Shown here: one piece after another, positions 31,617-42,781 of the stretch
Numbering within the stretch: the first letter of the stretch is position 1
Layout of the letters: each line of letters starts with the position of its first letter
Assembly (NCBI GenBank): GCA_963789265.1
Contig: CAWBKB010000003.1
Coordinates: 32,001 to 96,000 of the forward strand
Reading direction: 5' to 3'
Source: an uncultured delta proteobacterium
Lineage (GTDB): Bacteria > Desulfobacterota > Desulfomonilia > Desulfomonilales > Desulfomonilaceae
DNA length: 64,000 nt
Position numbers and translations under genes: made by a program
Notes under the pieces: generated by a model
What the model saw: only the letters and a program-made list of their open reading frames with translations
Databases searched by the model: none
Told to the model about the DNA's origin: nothing

Positions 31617-31868
31617 GTGTCAGTCGAACAGTTAGTCGATAATTTAATTGAAGCTGGCTGGAATGTAATTGACAGCGATTTTGATACGCGGGCATTCGCT
31701 AACTGGCGAAGGCAAGCGCTGGATTGCATCGGTGCCCTCATGGGACCGGCCCATACATACACGCAGTATTTCAGAGATTTCGTGGATGAGGCGGAAAAGG
31801 GCAGCCTCCTTGCTGGTGCGGGCATTCTTGTTGCCACGAAAGAACAGGTGGCAAAGTCAGGGATTTAA
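31617..31868 (+). CDS. Small hypothetical protein
   Basis: AAAGGAG RBS, GTG start, 83 aa, followed by GC-rich hairpins. Confidence 0.65.
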   Translation: MSVEQLVDNLIEAGWNVIDSDFDTRAFANWRRQALDCIGALMGPAHTYTQYFRDFVDEAEKGSLLAGAGILVATKEQVAKSGI

Positions 31869-32253
31869 CCGCATTCATCTTCTCCCGCCGGGGTTTGATG
31901 GCCCCTAATCCGGATAAAGTTGCCTGGCCCCTGGTTTTGATTGGCCGGGGGCCCTCTTGCCGGATGTATCAATGCCCGTCCTAACATTCACGGCCTTGTC
32001 ACGCCGGCCATTCTCGTAACGAAATCCGTCTTCCCTCCTGGTTACGTTTCACCTATTGATATTTTGAAACGAATGTGTTTCGTTTGAAGACACCTGCCGC
32101 TTGGCTCGTACAGGCTTTGCCGGATCGCGCATTTTTGCGTTGGCGAGAGTATGACGGGCGGTAATTATTTGTAGTGACTGCTGACACTTTACGGTGCAAA
32201 AGCAACTGGGGTAACCAAATGAATGAGATTGGTTGAAAGAAGGAGAAAAGACT

Positions 32254-33732
32254 ATGATTGATCTTGGTTGCAGGAGACCATTCATTCCTATTGGGATGCT
32301 GGCAATTGTGTTTCTCGTGGGAACTACCGCGACCGTCGTGAATGCTCAGACCGCGCCCTCGGTTCTGAAACAGCTCGACGACGCCTACGTTCAGGTCGCG
32401 GGGAGAGTGACCCCCGAAGTGGTAAACATCAGTTCGACGAAGAAAGGAGGATCTGTTCCTCCGGGTCATGGCATGGAGCCGTTCTTCAAGAATTTCCCTT
32501 TTCATGATTTCTTTGGCGACGACTTGGGCAAGAACTTCAGGCCACCTCTGCCACGAGGACACGGCGGGTCCATGCAAGTCGCAATGGGTTCCGGGTTTAT
32601 TGTCTCTCCTGATGGAAAGATTGTAACCAACTCCCATGTAGTAAAGGGCATGGACAAAATCAAAGTCACGCTCACCGGTAAGCGGACTTACACGGCCAAG
32701 GTGATCGGAATTGACCCGGATAGCGACATTGCAGTGATCAAAATCCCTGCCACCGGCCTTCCAGTGGCCAAGTTCGGGGATTCGTCGAAGTTACATGTCG
32801 GCCAGATAGTCTTGGCCGTCGGTAATCCGTTCGGGCTTAACGGCACCGTAACAGCGGGCATCGTGAGCGCCACGGGGCGAACTAACGTTGGAATCGTCAG
32901 TTATGAAGACTTCATTCAGACCGATGCGCCTATTAATCCGGGCAACTCCGGAGGGCCTCTGGTGAACATTGAGGGTGAAGTGATAGGAGTCACTACCGCA
33001 ATAGCGACTCGTACCGGTGGATATCAGGGAATCGGCTTTGCTATACCGTCCAACTCCATAAAAATCGTTATGGATCAATTGATTAAGCAAGGCAAGGTGA
33101 CTCGGGGACTGCTGGGCGTGAACATTCAGGACCTTAACGATTCGCTCGCGAAATCTTTCGGCTTGTCGGACACTAATGGGGCGCTGGTCGCACAGGTGGT
33201 GCCGGGGAGTCCTGCCGAAAAGGCCGGCATTAAGGCCGGTGATGTCATCTTGAAGTATAATGGAAAGCAGGTCACGGGTGCTGCAGAGTTAAAAAACATG
33301 GTTGGACAGGAAAAACCCGGGGCCAAAGTGAAATTGACGATTTTCAGAGATAAGAAGAAGTCTGAAGTGGAGGCGACCGTGAGCGAACGCACGCCGAAAG
33401 CGCTCGCCGAGGCATTGCCTAACCCTTCCACAGGGGAGGGCGAGACTTCGTCCGATCTGGGAATCACCGTGGAAAAGGTTCCCGCGGCCACAGCGGAAAA
33501 GCTGGGCCTCAAAGGAGGCGTGGGGCTTGCAATTAAGCAAGTAAGCTCTGACGGTGTAGGAAGCCGAATGGGACTCCAAGAAGGAGACGTGATCCTGGAG
33601 ATTGACGGCAAGCCTGTCTCCGATATCGCGTCCTTTAATAAGCAGGTTGCAAAGGCCAAGAAGAATAAGGTGATTCGTTTGAAGGTACATAGAGGTTCAG
33701 CGACCATCTTCCTGGCAACCACCATGGATTAA
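32254..33732 (+). CDS. degQ: DegQ/DegP (HtrA) serine endoprotease
   Basis: TNSHV, DIAVIK, TDAPINPGNSGGPL, two PDZ domains, signal peptide. Confidence 0.93.
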   Translation: MIDLGCRRPFIPIGMLAIVFLVGTTATVVNAQTAPSVLKQLDDAYVQVAGRVTPEVVNISSTKKGGSVPPGHGMEPFFKNFPFHDFFGDDLGKNFRPPLPRGHGGSMQVAMGSGFIVSPDGKIVTNSHVVKGMDKIKVTLTGKRTYTAKVIGIDPDSDIAVIKIPATGLPVAKFGDSSKLHVGQIVLAVGNPFGLNGTVTAGIVSATGRTNVGIVSYEDFIQTDAPINPGNSGGPLVNIEGEVIGVTTAIATRTGGYQGIGFAIPSNSIKIVMDQLIKQGKVTRGLLGVNIQDLNDSLAKSFGLSDTNGALVAQVVPGSPAEKAGIKAGDVILKYNGKQVTGAAELKNMVGQEKPGAKVKLTIFRDKKKSEVEATVSERTPKALAEALPNPSTGEGETSSDLGITVEKVPAATAEKLGLKGGVGLAIKQVSSDGVGSRMGLQEGDVILEIDGKPVSDIASFNKQVAKAKKNKVIRLKVHRGSATIFLATTMD

Positions 33733-33949
33733 TCCTGCTACCAGGCCAAATTGCAGGTTTGCTCGAGTTGGCCCGGCAGAAGTGACAGCTCGTTCGAGCC
33801 CACTATCACAGCGGACGCATTCCCCCCTCGAAAGAAGGGGGAATGCTTTTCACTCTATACATAAAGGGGGTAAGGGGGACAGAATTGGCAGTGAGACTTC
33901 CGACAGCACTATCGTGGGCTGCACTGAGATTCTCTCTTCTCCACGATTT

Positions 33950-34036
33950 TAGAGCGGGCGCCGCATTCTGTGCCCCTACATCTCTATCCGAGAGCAGTAC
34001 ATGTCATGTAGGGGGACGGCATGCCATGCCCCGACA
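33950..34036. repeat. GTAG-type REP pair
   Basis: ...GTGCCCCTACA and TGTAGGGGGACGGCATGCCATGCCCC in inverted arrangement. Confidence 0.55.
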
Positions 34037-34052
34037 TCAGACGCGGTCTCCA

Positions 34053-34586
34053 ATGCAATTGGCCATAGCAGCCGCATTGCTGTTCCTTTTGCCCACCTTC
34101 GCTTGCGCACAATCCACTTCTCCTTTCACCTCAGCTGGCTCCCCGAGTGTTGCGTCTTTACTGAAAGAGGCCTGCGTCGGAGAATCAATTGAGCCCCCTT
34201 ATCGGCTTGAACTTTGGGTTGAACCGGCCTACGGCCCCGAAGACTCAGGACTCAAGACACTTATCGAGAATTTTCTGAGGGATCAACTTCATGCCTTGGG
34301 GGATGTAGAAGTTGTAAACGCTCTCGATCAAAAGAAACCGCTTGGTCGACTCCGACTGAGAGTACGATATTCAAAATTGAGGGTCATCGGTTGCTACGAC
34401 ACTCTTCTGGGGGTAGTGGTCGGCAAGATCTATCGAGAGAGACCCGCGGACGAATTGGTCTTGGATGTGTACGGGCTTGCAGGAATTGAAGGCCGGGAAC
34501 TCCCGCTCATGTGTCAGAAAATCGTTACGCGGCTCGACCTGAATATTCTTTCGGCTTTGAGGCGGATGAGATCATCCTCAAAGTGA
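34053..34586 (+). CDS. Hypothetical exported protein
   Basis: Hydrophobic signal MQLAIAAALLFLLPTFACA; the upstream ORF extension runs through REP DNA. Confidence 0.5.
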   Translation: MQLAIAAALLFLLPTFACAQSTSPFTSAGSPSVASLLKEACVGESIEPPYRLELWVEPAYGPEDSGLKTLIENFLRDQLHALGDVEVVNALDQKKPLGRLRLRVRYSKLRVIGCYDTLLGVVVGKIYRERPADELVLDVYGLAGIEGRELPLMCQKIVTRLDLNILSALRRMRSSSK

Positions 34587-34699
34587 CTATAGCGAAAAAC
34601 CGGTTTTATCGAGCCCGCCTCACGTCAATGGCCGCGGTGCCGCTAGGGCACGATTCGGGTGCCGGATTCTCTCCGACCACCGCCGTAGGTGCGTTAGTA

Positions 34700-35335
34700 A
34701 TGGAGATCACCTCGCAAACAGTTATGAATTGGATTATTCAATACGGATATATCGGTCTTTTTTGTTTGCTGATGTTCGGAATTTTGGGAGTGCCGTTTCC
34801 TGATGAGCTCATAATGACTTGCGCCGGGTACCTCATATTCAAGGGCTACTTGCAGCCGGAGCCGACTTTTGTTGCCGCTTTTACGGGCAGCGCGTGCGGG
34901 ATCAGCTTAAGCTACACAATTGGCAGGGTGGCAGGAACCAGGCTCATCGACAGATTTGGCTATTTGGCCCACATCACTCCGGACAGGCTGAGGTCTATCG
35001 ACGCATGGTTTGAGCGCTTCGGCAAATGGACTCTGGTATTCGGGTATTTCATTACCGGTTTTCGACACCTTATAGCGATAGTAGCAGGCACCACAAGGCT
35101 TCGGGTCCATGCATTCGCTCTATACGCTTATACGGGCGCGCTGATCTGGTCCCTCACATTTATTTTGCTCGGATATTTTCTGGGCGAACAATGGGCAAGC
35201 ATTGCAACCCACGCTGAAACAATTGCTCTCATACTTGCCGCGGCTGTTTGTGTTGGGGCCGGGATTTACTTTCTTGGCCCAAGGCGCAGGCAGGCGGCTC
35301 GCGGAAACATGTCGGATTCAACACAAAAAGACTAA
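34700..35335 (+). CDS. DedA family membrane protein
   Basis: GVPFPDEL, WFERFG, GYFI.G.RH. Confidence 0.9.
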   Translation: MEITSQTVMNWIIQYGYIGLFCLLMFGILGVPFPDELIMTCAGYLIFKGYLQPEPTFVAAFTGSACGISLSYTIGRVAGTRLIDRFGYLAHITPDRLRSIDAWFERFGKWTLVFGYFITGFRHLIAIVAGTTRLRVHAFALYAYTGALIWSLTFILLGYFLGEQWASIATHAETIALILAAAVCVGAGIYFLGPRRRQAARGNMSDSTQKD

Positions 35336-35370
35336 CGGTAGTGGTTTAATTTTAGGAAGGAGAAATTATA

Positions 35371-35757
35371 ATGAGCTATTACATTAGCAAAACTGTGACA
35401 CTTTCCTTTGACGAAGCAGTTGCGCGTATTACGGAAGAACTTAAGAAGGAGGGCTTCGGCATACTAACCGAAATAGATGTTCAGCAGACGCTCAAGAAGA
35501 AACTGAATGTTGATTTTCGAAGATACAAGATCCTCGGCTCCTGCAATCCTCCCTTGGCGTACAAGGCATTGCAGGCAGAAGACAAGATCGGCGTGATGTT
35601 GCCATGCAACCTAATTGTTCAGGAAACTCCGGACGGCAAGGTTGAAGTGTCCGCTATAGATCCCATCGCGTCAATGCAGGCAATTAACAATCCGGATCTC
35701 AAAGACTTGGCTGATGAAGTCCAGGGCAAATTGCGGAAAGTCGTAGAGCAGTTGTAA
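35371..35757 (+). CDS. DUF302 family protein
   Basis: GFGILTEIDVQ, YKILGSCNPPLA, IGVMLPCN. Confidence 0.92.
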   Translation: MSYYISKTVTLSFDEAVARITEELKKEGFGILTEIDVQQTLKKKLNVDFRRYKILGSCNPPLAYKALQAEDKIGVMLPCNLIVQETPDGKVEVSAIDPIASMQAINNPDLKDLADEVQGKLRKVVEQL

Positions 35758-35930
35758 AGAAATCAATGCGGAATAATAATCAAACATTCTGTGATAAGCC
35801 CTTGAGCGCTGCATATTTCCTTGCCGAGATTGACAGCTCACTTGTTCACCTGCTAGACACACCTTGTATGACTACGTTTTGCGGGGGTTGCTCACGATTC
35901 GTGTGAGCTTTCTGTAACAGAGGTGTGCCC

Positions 35931-38499
35931 ATGAAACTCCGTCACCTGATTGTAAAACCGGACCTTCCCAACGAACTGCAAATTTTGCAGACCATTGGAA
36001 TGAATCTCTGGTTCACGTGGAATCCCGATGTGCAACGCCTCTTTCAGGCCCTGGACCCCGAACTCTGGGCTGAATGCGACCACAATCCGATCATGCTTCT
36101 CGCAAGCCTTTCTCCCGAAAGGACAGAGGAAATCCTACAAGACGGGCCGCTCGTGGATGCGATACGGGAAGCCGGGAAAGATTTTGAAGATTACATGAGT
36201 AATCCAGGAGTCTATTCCTTCAATCTGGAAAAACCCATTGATTACCGCATCGCTTACTTCAGCATGGAATTTGGGCTGGGTGAATGTTTGCCCATCTATT
36301 CTGGCGGACTGGGAATCCTCTCCGGCGACCATTTAAAGAGCGCTTCAAATCTGTGTTTCCCTCTCATAGGTATGGGACTGCTTTACCAAAAAGGCTATTT
36401 TAAACAGTATCTGAACGTTGATGGCTGGCAACAAGAATCCTACCCTGACAACGATTTCTATAACCTCCCGATTTCGCGTGTCTTGGATGGCACTGGCAAT
36501 CAGGTGTCATTCGATCTTGAACTGGACAGAACGAACGTAAAGATTCTCGTCTGGAAGATTCAGGTGGGCCGGATTCCGTTATACCTGTTGGACTCCAGTC
36601 ATCCTTCCAATTCGGAGAGCAGTCGGCGAATCACGGCAGAACTATACGGCGGTGGGCCCGAAATGCGGATCCAACAGGAGATTGTCCTTGGCGTGGGCGG
36701 AGCCCGGGCCCTGCATTTGCTCGGCCTTTGGCCTTCAGTCTATCATCTCAACGAGGGACACGCTGCTTTCGCGGCTCTGGAGCGGATCCGACAATCCATG
36801 ATCGCATACAAAGTCCCCTTCGACGTCGCTCTCGAGACCGTAGCGGCCTCCACAGTGTTCACCACCCATACCCCTGTACCCGCGGGCATAGATCTTTTCG
36901 CCCCCGATCTGGTAGATCGGTACTTCAGACGATACATGGACTCGCTCGGCATGACCGTAAAGGATCTGTTGGATCTGGGCCGTCAAAACCCCGATGACCG
37001 AAGTTCGCCTTTGTCAATGGCTGTTGTGGCTCTGCGCATGTCCAGGGGCGTGAACGCCGTGAGCGAACTTCACAGCAGGGTCTCCAGGAAAATGTGGCGC
37101 AGCCTTTGGCCGCATGTGGAAGAGGAGGACATTCCCATCGGTTACGTTACAAACGGCGTACACATACCGTCGTACCTTTCCAAGGAGATGGCGGATCTTT
37201 TTGGCCGTTACCTCGGCGAGGGCTGGATTGAGGAGCCGGACAACACCAAGATTTGGTCCAGAGTCTATAACATACCGCATGAGGAGTTATGGATCGTGCA
37301 CGAGACAAGGAGGGAACGTCTCGTGGCCTTCTGTCGGAGCAGGTACCTCGCCAAGATTAAAGCAGTCGGGGGCTACAGCATTGGACCAGCCATGGACTTA
37401 CGCCGTGCCCAGGAAATCCTCAATCCGGAAGCGCTGACAATCGGGTTCGCCCGCAGGTTTGCCCCGTACAAAAAGAGCGAGCCTTCTCTTCAGCGATCCC
37501 GACCGATTGTTAGGCATTATTTCCGACAAGCGCCGGCCGGTGCAGTTCATCTTCGCGGGCAAGGCTCATCCTCAGGACCGCTTGGGTAAGGAGATGATCA
37601 AACTAGTGGTGCATCAGGCCCGTTCGGAAGGGTTTCGCCGCAAACTAGTCTTCCTTGAGAACTATGACATCATCATAGCTCGGTACCTCGTCCAAGGAGT
37701 GGACGTGTGGCTTAACACGCCTAGGAGGCCCAACGAGGCCTGCGGCACTTCAGGAATGAAGGCAGCGGCCAACGGCGCACTCAATCTGAGCATACTCGAT
37801 GGCTGGTGGCCCGAAGCTTATAATGGGACCAACGGATGGGCCATAGGCCGTGGAGAAGAATATGAGGATACCGCATATCAGGATCGGATAGATGCGGAGG
37901 CTGTCTATGACCTTCTTGAAAACGAGGTCATTCCTCTGTTTTTCGATCGGGGCCCGGACGGCCTCCCGCATGGCTGGATTGAAATGATGAAGAACAGCAT
38001 GGCCGGGATTAGTGCGCGCTTCAATTCACACAGGATGATTGAACAGTACATGGAGGAATATTACACTGAAGCCGGCTTGGCGCATCAAATTCTCGGCGAA
38101 AGCCGCCTCAGCCGGGCTCGGGAACTCAAGGACTGGAAGCAGAGAATTCGAGGCCTGTGGAAGGAGGTGAAAATCCTCGATGTTTCGTTGCCTACTGGAG
38201 ATCACGTGGCACTAGGCGAAGACCTACACGTTACGGCAGCCATACGTCTCGGATCACTCAGGGACGAGGAGGTTACGGTGGACCTTTGCCACGGACGAGT
38301 GGATCAAGATTCTGAAAGGATGATGAACCGCAATGTAACCACAATGGCGAGCGCCGAGAATCCAACTGACGGAGTCTGGCGTTTCGAAGGGACCATCCCA
38401 TGTGAAGAGACCGGGATTTACGCGTACAGCATCCGAGTGCTGCCATTCCACCCTTACCTCTTGAATCCTCTCTCGATGAGCCTGGTAACTTGGGGCTGA
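35931..38499 (+). CDS. glgP: Alpha-glucan (glycogen) phosphorylase, frameshifted at 37470-37474
   Basis: YFSMEFG, YSGGLG, HLNEGH, GFARRF.YKR, EACGTSGMK; extra A in TACAAAAAG breaks YKRASLL. Confidence 0.93.
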
Positions 38500-38545
38500 T
38501 TACCAACTGGCATCATAGTCCCCGTCCCCTTTTTGTTGTAGCAAA

Positions 38546-38594
38546 GTAGGTTGGGCCGTGCCCGACGAAACATGGCGGCCACAGGCCGCCCTAC
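38546..38594. repeat. GTAG...CTAC REP-like element between convergent glgP and dnaE
   Basis: GTAGGTTGGGCCGTGCCCGAC ... GGCGGCCACAGGCCGCCCTAC. Confidence 0.55.
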
Positions 38595-38599
38595 CAATT

Positions 38600-41500
38600 T
38601 TATTCGAAGTGTACGGCCTCGTACCCCAGGGTATCATGAACCTCCGCCAGGAGAGACTCGGAAGGTTCGCATGAAACCGCATTGAGACTGATAACCGTCT
38701 CAGTGCGATTCGGTATAACCACATGAAGGCTCACCGGAAGTCGGCCTTTGTGACGAGCCAGAATTCTTTTCAAATCTTTGACCTGGTGCGGATCAGCCCC
38801 CAATGTAGATATCCTGATCTGCATGCGTTTGCTGAAACGTCGAGGGGCCTCTTCGATCCGGTAGATCTCCTGGGCCAATACTTTCGGTGTATCTCTGTCT
38901 CCTTCTCGAATTCCCGCAATTACCAGCGGTTCCCCCGATCGGAGTAAATCCCGGCACTTGCCGTACAGGTCTGAAAAAACGGTTATTTCCGTTACTCCCG
39001 TGAGGTCCTCCAGCGCGACAAAGGCCATGCGATCACCTTTCTTGGTGTTGATCTCCTTAATCTTCTTCACGAGGCCGGCCATCGTTACTTGGGATGAATC
39101 GGCCAATGTGCCCAATTTGTCCGCGAAGGCGTTGATGAACCTCTGAATGATGCTTTCGTAGTTGACCAGAGGGTGGCCGGTAAGATAGAAACCCATCGCT
39201 TGCTTTTCATAATTCAGCTTGGTTGAGTCCTCCCACTCCGGGACATCCGGGATCGCAGAATCGGGAGCATTTGCTTCAGACCCTGGAACGCATTCCGCTC
39301 CAAAAAGGTTGAATTGACCTTCCTTCTTTTCTCGTTGAAAGTTTGCCGCCTGTTCCAACACGACATCGAACGCCTCGACCATTGCTCGCCTGGAATACCC
39401 CATTCCGTCGAAGGCACCACACTTTATAAGGCTTTCAACCACTTTCTTGTTCACTTTTCGCAGGTCTACACGCCTGGCGAAGTCCTGAAGACCGCAGAAA
39501 GGCCCTCCTTCCACGCGGGCCTCTAGAATAGAGTTCATTGCGCCCTCACCCACATTCTTCACCGCGGCCAGCCCGAAGATTATCTTTTCACCCTCTACGC
39601 GGAAATCCTGGTAGGACTCATTGACGTGGGGTGGAAGAATCTCAATCCCCATGCTGCGGCATTCAGACACGTAAAGCGTGACCTTATCCGTATTGCCGGC
39701 ATCGCAGCTAAGCTGGGCTGCCATAAATTCCGCAGGATAGTGCGCCTTAAGATAGCCCGTCTGGTAAGTAACCATAGCGTATGCCGCCGAATGTGACTTG
39801 TTAAAGCCGTATCCGGCGAATTTCTCCATAAGTTCGAAGATATATGTGGCCTTGTCCGGGTCGATCTTGTTCTTGGCCGCACCCTTTTGAAAACGGGACT
39901 TCTGTTCGGCCATCTCTTCGGGCTTTTTCTTTCCCATAGCCCGGCGCAACAGATCTGCTTCACCCAGCGAATAGTCCGCTAATAAGGTGGCAATACTCAT
40001 GACCTGTTCCTGATACACGATTACCCCGTATGTCTCGCGTAGAATGGGCTCCAACTCCGGCAGCGGGTACTCGATCGGTGTTCGTCCGTCCTTTCGGTTA
40101 ATGAAGTCGTCTACCATTCCGGATTCCAAAGGTCCGGGACGATACAATGCCTCAATTGCTATCAGGTCCTCGAAGACGGATGGCTTGAACTTTGTCAAAA
40201 CTTCCCTCATTCCGGAAGATTCGAGCTGAAATACGGCCAGCGTGTCGCCCCTGGACAGAAGATCGAACGTCTTTGAGTCATCCAGAGGGATCATGCCGAT
40301 GTCTAAAGCAGCCCCTCGAGAGTTCTCTATCAGACGCAGGGCTTGATCTATCACCGTAAGGGTTCTGAGTCCGAGAAAATCAAACTTCACCAGGCCGATC
40401 TTTTCTACCCAGGTCATGTCGAACTGAGTCAAGGTCTCTTTGTTGTTCCCAAGATAAAGCGGAAGGTGGTCCACAAGGGGCCTATCCGAGATCACGATGC
40501 CGGCTGCGTGTGTAGAGGCGTGTCGAGTCAGTCCTTCAAGGGAAAGTGCAGTTTCGATGAGTTCACCCACCTCAGGCCGTTTCATCATCTCTCGCAGTCG
40601 CGGTTCCTCTTTCAGGGCCTTGTCGAGGGTCATCTTCAGTGCATCCGGGATCAGCTTCGCGATCTGGTCGGCTTCTGCATAAGGAAATCCAAGAACACGG
40701 GCCACGTCTCTCACAACAGCTTTCGCCTGCATCCTGCCGAACGTGATGATCTGGGCGACCTTATCTTTGCCGTATTTCCGCGACACATAGTCGATTACCC
40801 GGTCGCGGCCCTGCATACAAAAATCGACATCAATGTCCGGCATGCTTTTACGTTCGGGATTCAAGAACCGTTCAAACAACAGATCGTAACGGATTGGATC
40901 GATGTCCGTTATTCCTAGCGAATATGCTGCAAGTGAACCTGCGGCGGACCCGCGGCCGGGACCGACGGGTATACTGTTCTTTCGAGCAAAGTTTATAAAG
41001 TCTGCAACTATGAGAAAATATCCTGAAAAACCCATCTCCTGAATGAGGTGGATCTCATGGTCAAGCCTGTCTCTATATTTTTGCTCCGTGACGCTATCTA
41101 TCCGGCTCAGTTCGCGCAATTTGACCAGGCGTCTTTCGAGACCTTGTTGGGCATCCTCTTGGAAACGTTGCCTCAGCGTCTGGCCCGTTCCCAGATCGAA
41201 TCGGGGCATGTGGATCTGGCCGGACTCAATCAGAAGAGAACATCTCTCTGCGATCAGTCGAGTAGTCTTCAAGGCTTCGGGAATATCCCTAAAGTCCGCG
41301 GCCATTCTCTCCGGTGACTTGAAAAAGAACTGGTCGGAACTGAAACTCAATCGCTTGCTGTCGGCGAGTTTCTTGCCGGTTTGAATGCAAAGGAGAATCT
41401 CGTGGGCCTTATGATCTGTTCGATCAAGGTAATGACAGTCATTTGTCGCAACCAACTTTAGGTCGAGCTTTTTTGCAAGATCAATGAGTGCTCGATTGGC

Positions 41501-42064
41501 TTTCTTTTGGCCTTCGAGGCCGTTCTCTTGTAATTCCAGATAATAACGTTCAGGTGTGAAAATGTCGCGGTACCAGGAAGCGCATTTCGCTGCGCCTTTC
41601 TCATCTCCCGCCAAGATGCGGGCGGGAACTTCGCCCGAAAGACACCCGCTCAGGCAAACCAGCCCTTCGTTGAATTGTTCCAGTAGATCACGATCTACAC
41701 GCGGTTTGTAGTAAAACCCCTCCATGTAAGCCATCGTGACGAGCTTGCACAGGTTGCGGTAGCCTTTTTCGTTTTCGCACAAAAGAACTAGGTGATAGGA
41801 TGTTGTTTCGCCCACTTTCGCTGATTGTTCGAAGCGCGAACCTGGTGCCACGTATATCTCACAGCCGATGATAGGCTTGATCCCACTCGCCTGCACCTGT
41901 GAATAGAATTCCATTGCTCCAAAAAGATTCCCGTGGTCCGTAACGGCCACAGCAGGCATTTTGTATTCCTTAACTCTGGCGATTAGGTCCGGAATTCGGA
42001 TTGCCCCATCCAACAGAGAGTACTGAGTATGCACATGAAGGTGGACAAAATCTGCGGAAGGCAT
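38600..42064 (-). CDS. dnaE: DNA polymerase III alpha subunit
   Basis: FVHLHVHTQYSLLDG, GRGSAAGS, MPDIDVDF, YGFNKSH, OB fold. Confidence 0.98.
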   Translation of the reverse strand: MPSADFVHLHVHTQYSLLDGAIRIPDLIARVKEYKMPAVAVTDHGNLFGAMEFYSQVQASGIKPIIGCEIYVAPGSRFEQSAKVGETTSYHLVLLCENEKGYRNLCKLVTMAYMEGFYYKPRVDRDLLEQFNEGLVCLSGCLSGEVPARILAGDEKGAAKCASWYRDIFTPERYYLELQENGLEGQKKANRALIDLAKKLDLKLVATNDCHYLDRTDHKAHEILLCIQTGKKLADSKRLSFSSDQFFFKSPERMAADFRDIPEALKTTRLIAERCSLLIESGQIHMPRFDLGTGQTLRQRFQEDAQQGLERRLVKLRELSRIDSVTEQKYRDRLDHEIHLIQEMGFSGYFLIVADFINFARKNSIPVGPGRGSAAGSLAAYSLGITDIDPIRYDLLFERFLNPERKSMPDIDVDFCMQGRDRVIDYVSRKYGKDKVAQIITFGRMQAKAVVRDVARVLGFPYAEADQIAKLIPDALKMTLDKALKEEPRLREMMKRPEVGELIETALSLEGLTRHASTHAAGIVISDRPLVDHLPLYLGNNKETLTQFDMTWVEKIGLVKFDFLGLRTLTVIDQALRLIENSRGAALDIGMIPLDDSKTFDLLSRGDTLAVFQLESSGMREVLTKFKPSVFEDLIAIEALYRPGPLESGMVDDFINRKDGRTPIEYPLPELEPILRETYGVIVYQEQVMSIATLLADYSLGEADLLRRAMGKKKPEEMAEQKSRFQKGAAKNKIDPDKATYIFELMEKFAGYGFNKSHSAAYAMVTYQTGYLKAHYPAEFMAAQLSCDAGNTDKVTLYVSECRSMGIEILPPHVNESYQDFRVEGEKIIFGLAAVKNVGEGAMNSILEARVEGGPFCGLQDFARRVDLRKVNKKVVESLIKCGAFDGMGYSRRAMVEAFDVVLEQAANFQREKKEGQFNLFGAECVPGSEANAPDSAIPDVPEWEDSTKLNYEKQAMGFYLTGHPLVNYESIIQRFINAFADKLGTLADSSQVTMAGLVKKIKEINTKKGDRMAFVALEDLTGVTEITVFSDLYGKCRDLLRSGEPLVIAGIREGDRDTPKVLAQEIYRIEEAPRRFSKRMQIRISTLGADPHQVKDLKRILARHKGRLPVSLHVVIPNRTETVISLNAVSCEPSESLLAEVHDTLGYEAVHFE

Positions 42065-42422
42065 AGCTGCTCCATTATGTACTTGACATGATTAGATATT
42101 ATCATTCCCCAGGACCACGATATCACTCCCCCGACGCCTATGCAATGGCTTTTTCCGAATATGCAACCATTCGATTATGACGGAGAATCACAGCGGATTT
42201 TTCCATTTAAGCGCCCCGTTGAGTTTTGCACTTCGTCAAACCCTCACCAGCCGCCGGACTTATTTTACAGCCCGTCGCATGAGGCTCCGATGCCTGCTCC
42301 CGAGGAGATCTTCCGTGCAGTTTTGGCCTCAAGTCTTCGCTACCATTATCCGGAATGTTCTCAACTTGTTGATCTGCAATTCAAATGTGCGTCCTGAATA
42401 TATTTTTTTTATCATCAAGATA

Positions 42423-42452
42423 TTGACATTTTCTAATTATCTAGATTAGAAT
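42423..42452 (+). promoter_or_regulatory. sigma70 promoter with overlapping palindrome
   Basis: TTGACA-N18-TAGAAT; inverted repeat TTCTAAT(42431-42437)/ATTAGAA(42445-42451). Confidence 0.5.
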
Positions 42453-42781
42453 AGCCGAACCGGACGGCTAATGGCCGGAGACCTAAAAACATAAAGGATC
42501 TACGGGCTGCTTTGAAGGTCTATTAGTCGCGGATGCAGTGAGTGTGCCACAACATGGACGTGACATATAACAGATCAAATATTTTGCACAATCGCGTTGA
42601 TCCGCTATAAACCTCGACATGACTTTAAGAACCTGCCCGTAGGTGCCTGCGTTGAGGATCTTCTTGTCAATGTTCAGCGCTGGGATGACAGGACCTTCAT
42701 TAACGAAGAAGCCGTGTCATAGGATGATCATTTCGTAACTGTTTGGACTGGGCCCATTTAGAGGTCGAAGTCCTTTGAGGT

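Noticed and set aside
37467..37476. Programmed frameshift in glgP
   Set aside because: It breaks a conserved YKR motif, GlgP is not known to be recoded, and similar indels occur across the window
42140..42449. Two short plus-strand ORFs between dnaE and mlaE
   Set aside because: No clear RBS or recognisable motif; overlap promoter-like DNA
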